DNA of 64,000 nucleotides from Rhizodiscina lignyota (taxonomy: Eukaryota), in NCBI GenBank assembly GCA_010015805.1, contig ML978128.1, positions 1,240,001-1,304,000 of the forward strand. Reading direction: 5' to 3'. Positions within the stretch are counted from its first letter, which is position 1, and the number at the start of each line of letters is the position of its first letter. Under the pieces are notes generated by a model. It saw nothing but the letters and a program-made list of their open reading frames with translations, was not told the origin of the DNA and did not search any database. Positions 63,150 to 64,000 of this stretch are shown here, in pieces. Made by a program: the position numbers and the translations under genes.

Positions 63150-64000
63150 TCAACCCTGTAGAACCAGTTGCAGCGCGGATTTCGCCTCATCACTCAGCCT
63201 CTCTTGGACGTAGTTCGTGATCTTGCCGCTGTGACGGCTATCCGCCTCCCGAAGATACTGGCCCACCCAAACCTTCACATCCGGGATCTGAGGGAAAGGA
63301 TCTTTCACGACCGGCTTGATGGACTGCAGCTGCGTGAAAGTTACGCCGAAGCCCACGTCATCCGTGTCGTCGTTAACCAGGATGTCGTCGTGTTGCGCGG
63401 TTGTGAGCTGGGGCGGGTTGATGAGGAGCTTGAGCAGGGCCTGACAAGTGAGCGCCCATCCCTTCTTGTAGCGCTCGATGAAGGCTTCGCTATCCGCGAG
63501 AATCTTGGTGAATGACACGACGGCGATTTTGCGATCCGAAGGTCGGGTTAGCTTCTGTGTGTCCGGAAGGATGATGCTCGTGTAGATCGGGCGAAAGACG
63601 CTACGTAATTATGTCAGCTTGACGCTTCATTCACCTTCAGGGAACTTACTCGTTCTGAATCTGATCCGTAGTTTTGATGAAGAAGTCGCAACCTAGGCCC
63701 TGTTCATCCCTCGCAGACACGAAATGGAAAAAGCGCGCGAAGCGTAGACTGAAGTTCTCAGTCTTCATCTTTGGATCAGACAGCCTCGTCAACATGATTT
63801 GCAGGATCGAAACGAAGTACGGCTGCAGTGCTGAAACTGGGACAGCTTGAATCAGAGCCTCGAGTAGATCGAATCCTTGATTCTCGCTGATTTTGCTTGA
63901 CGCAAGCTTTTGGAACACACCCAAGATCGGCTCGATTTGACCGTTCTTGACGACAACTTCGGCTCCTCGAGGCATGATTGAGGAGAGGAGACGGACCAAT
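63150..64000 (-). CDS. CSE1: Importin-alpha export receptor Cse1 (exportin-2), 3' part only
   Basis: PILGVFQKL, GFDLLEAL, IILPDTQKL, GFGVTFTQL...DPFPQI; runs off the window end. Confidence 0.9.

Overview
Gene-dense, intron-containing eukaryotic DNA from a filamentous ascomycete (Pezizomycotina; Dothideomycetes is my guess from protein style). It holds about 29 conventional protein genes, mostly housekeeping: MSS1, HUS1, CYC2-like, AIM32-like, WWM1-like, a BTB protein, TDA3, DHR1, PAC3, actin, FES1, an epimerase, EDE1, a Na+/H+ antiporter, an LtrA-domain protein, a P450, a mitochondrial release factor, an SPT small subunit, CENP-I, CRT10, EMC7, RRP36 and partial CSE1. I saw no transposon, rRNA, tRNA or secondary-metabolite cluster. 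The standout lies in the apparently empty 4 kb between MSS1 and HUS1. A putative minus-strand transcription unit there (TATA about 3965, probable leader intron, 530-nt AUG-free leader) has its first three AUGs each opening a 7-8 codon ORF: MGRGGYN*, MGRGGYN* and MSGRGGYN*. The copies differ only by synonymous substitutions plus one added Ser codon, making this a candidate polycistronic micropeptide gene. Smaller findings are a duplicated skippable UBA exon in EDE1, a template-switch scar that created a stop codon, a PAM2-like orphan, a possible Dig1/Dig2-like protein and several non-standard splice sites. Gene names come from motif recognition, not database searches, and exon boundaries were read by hand.
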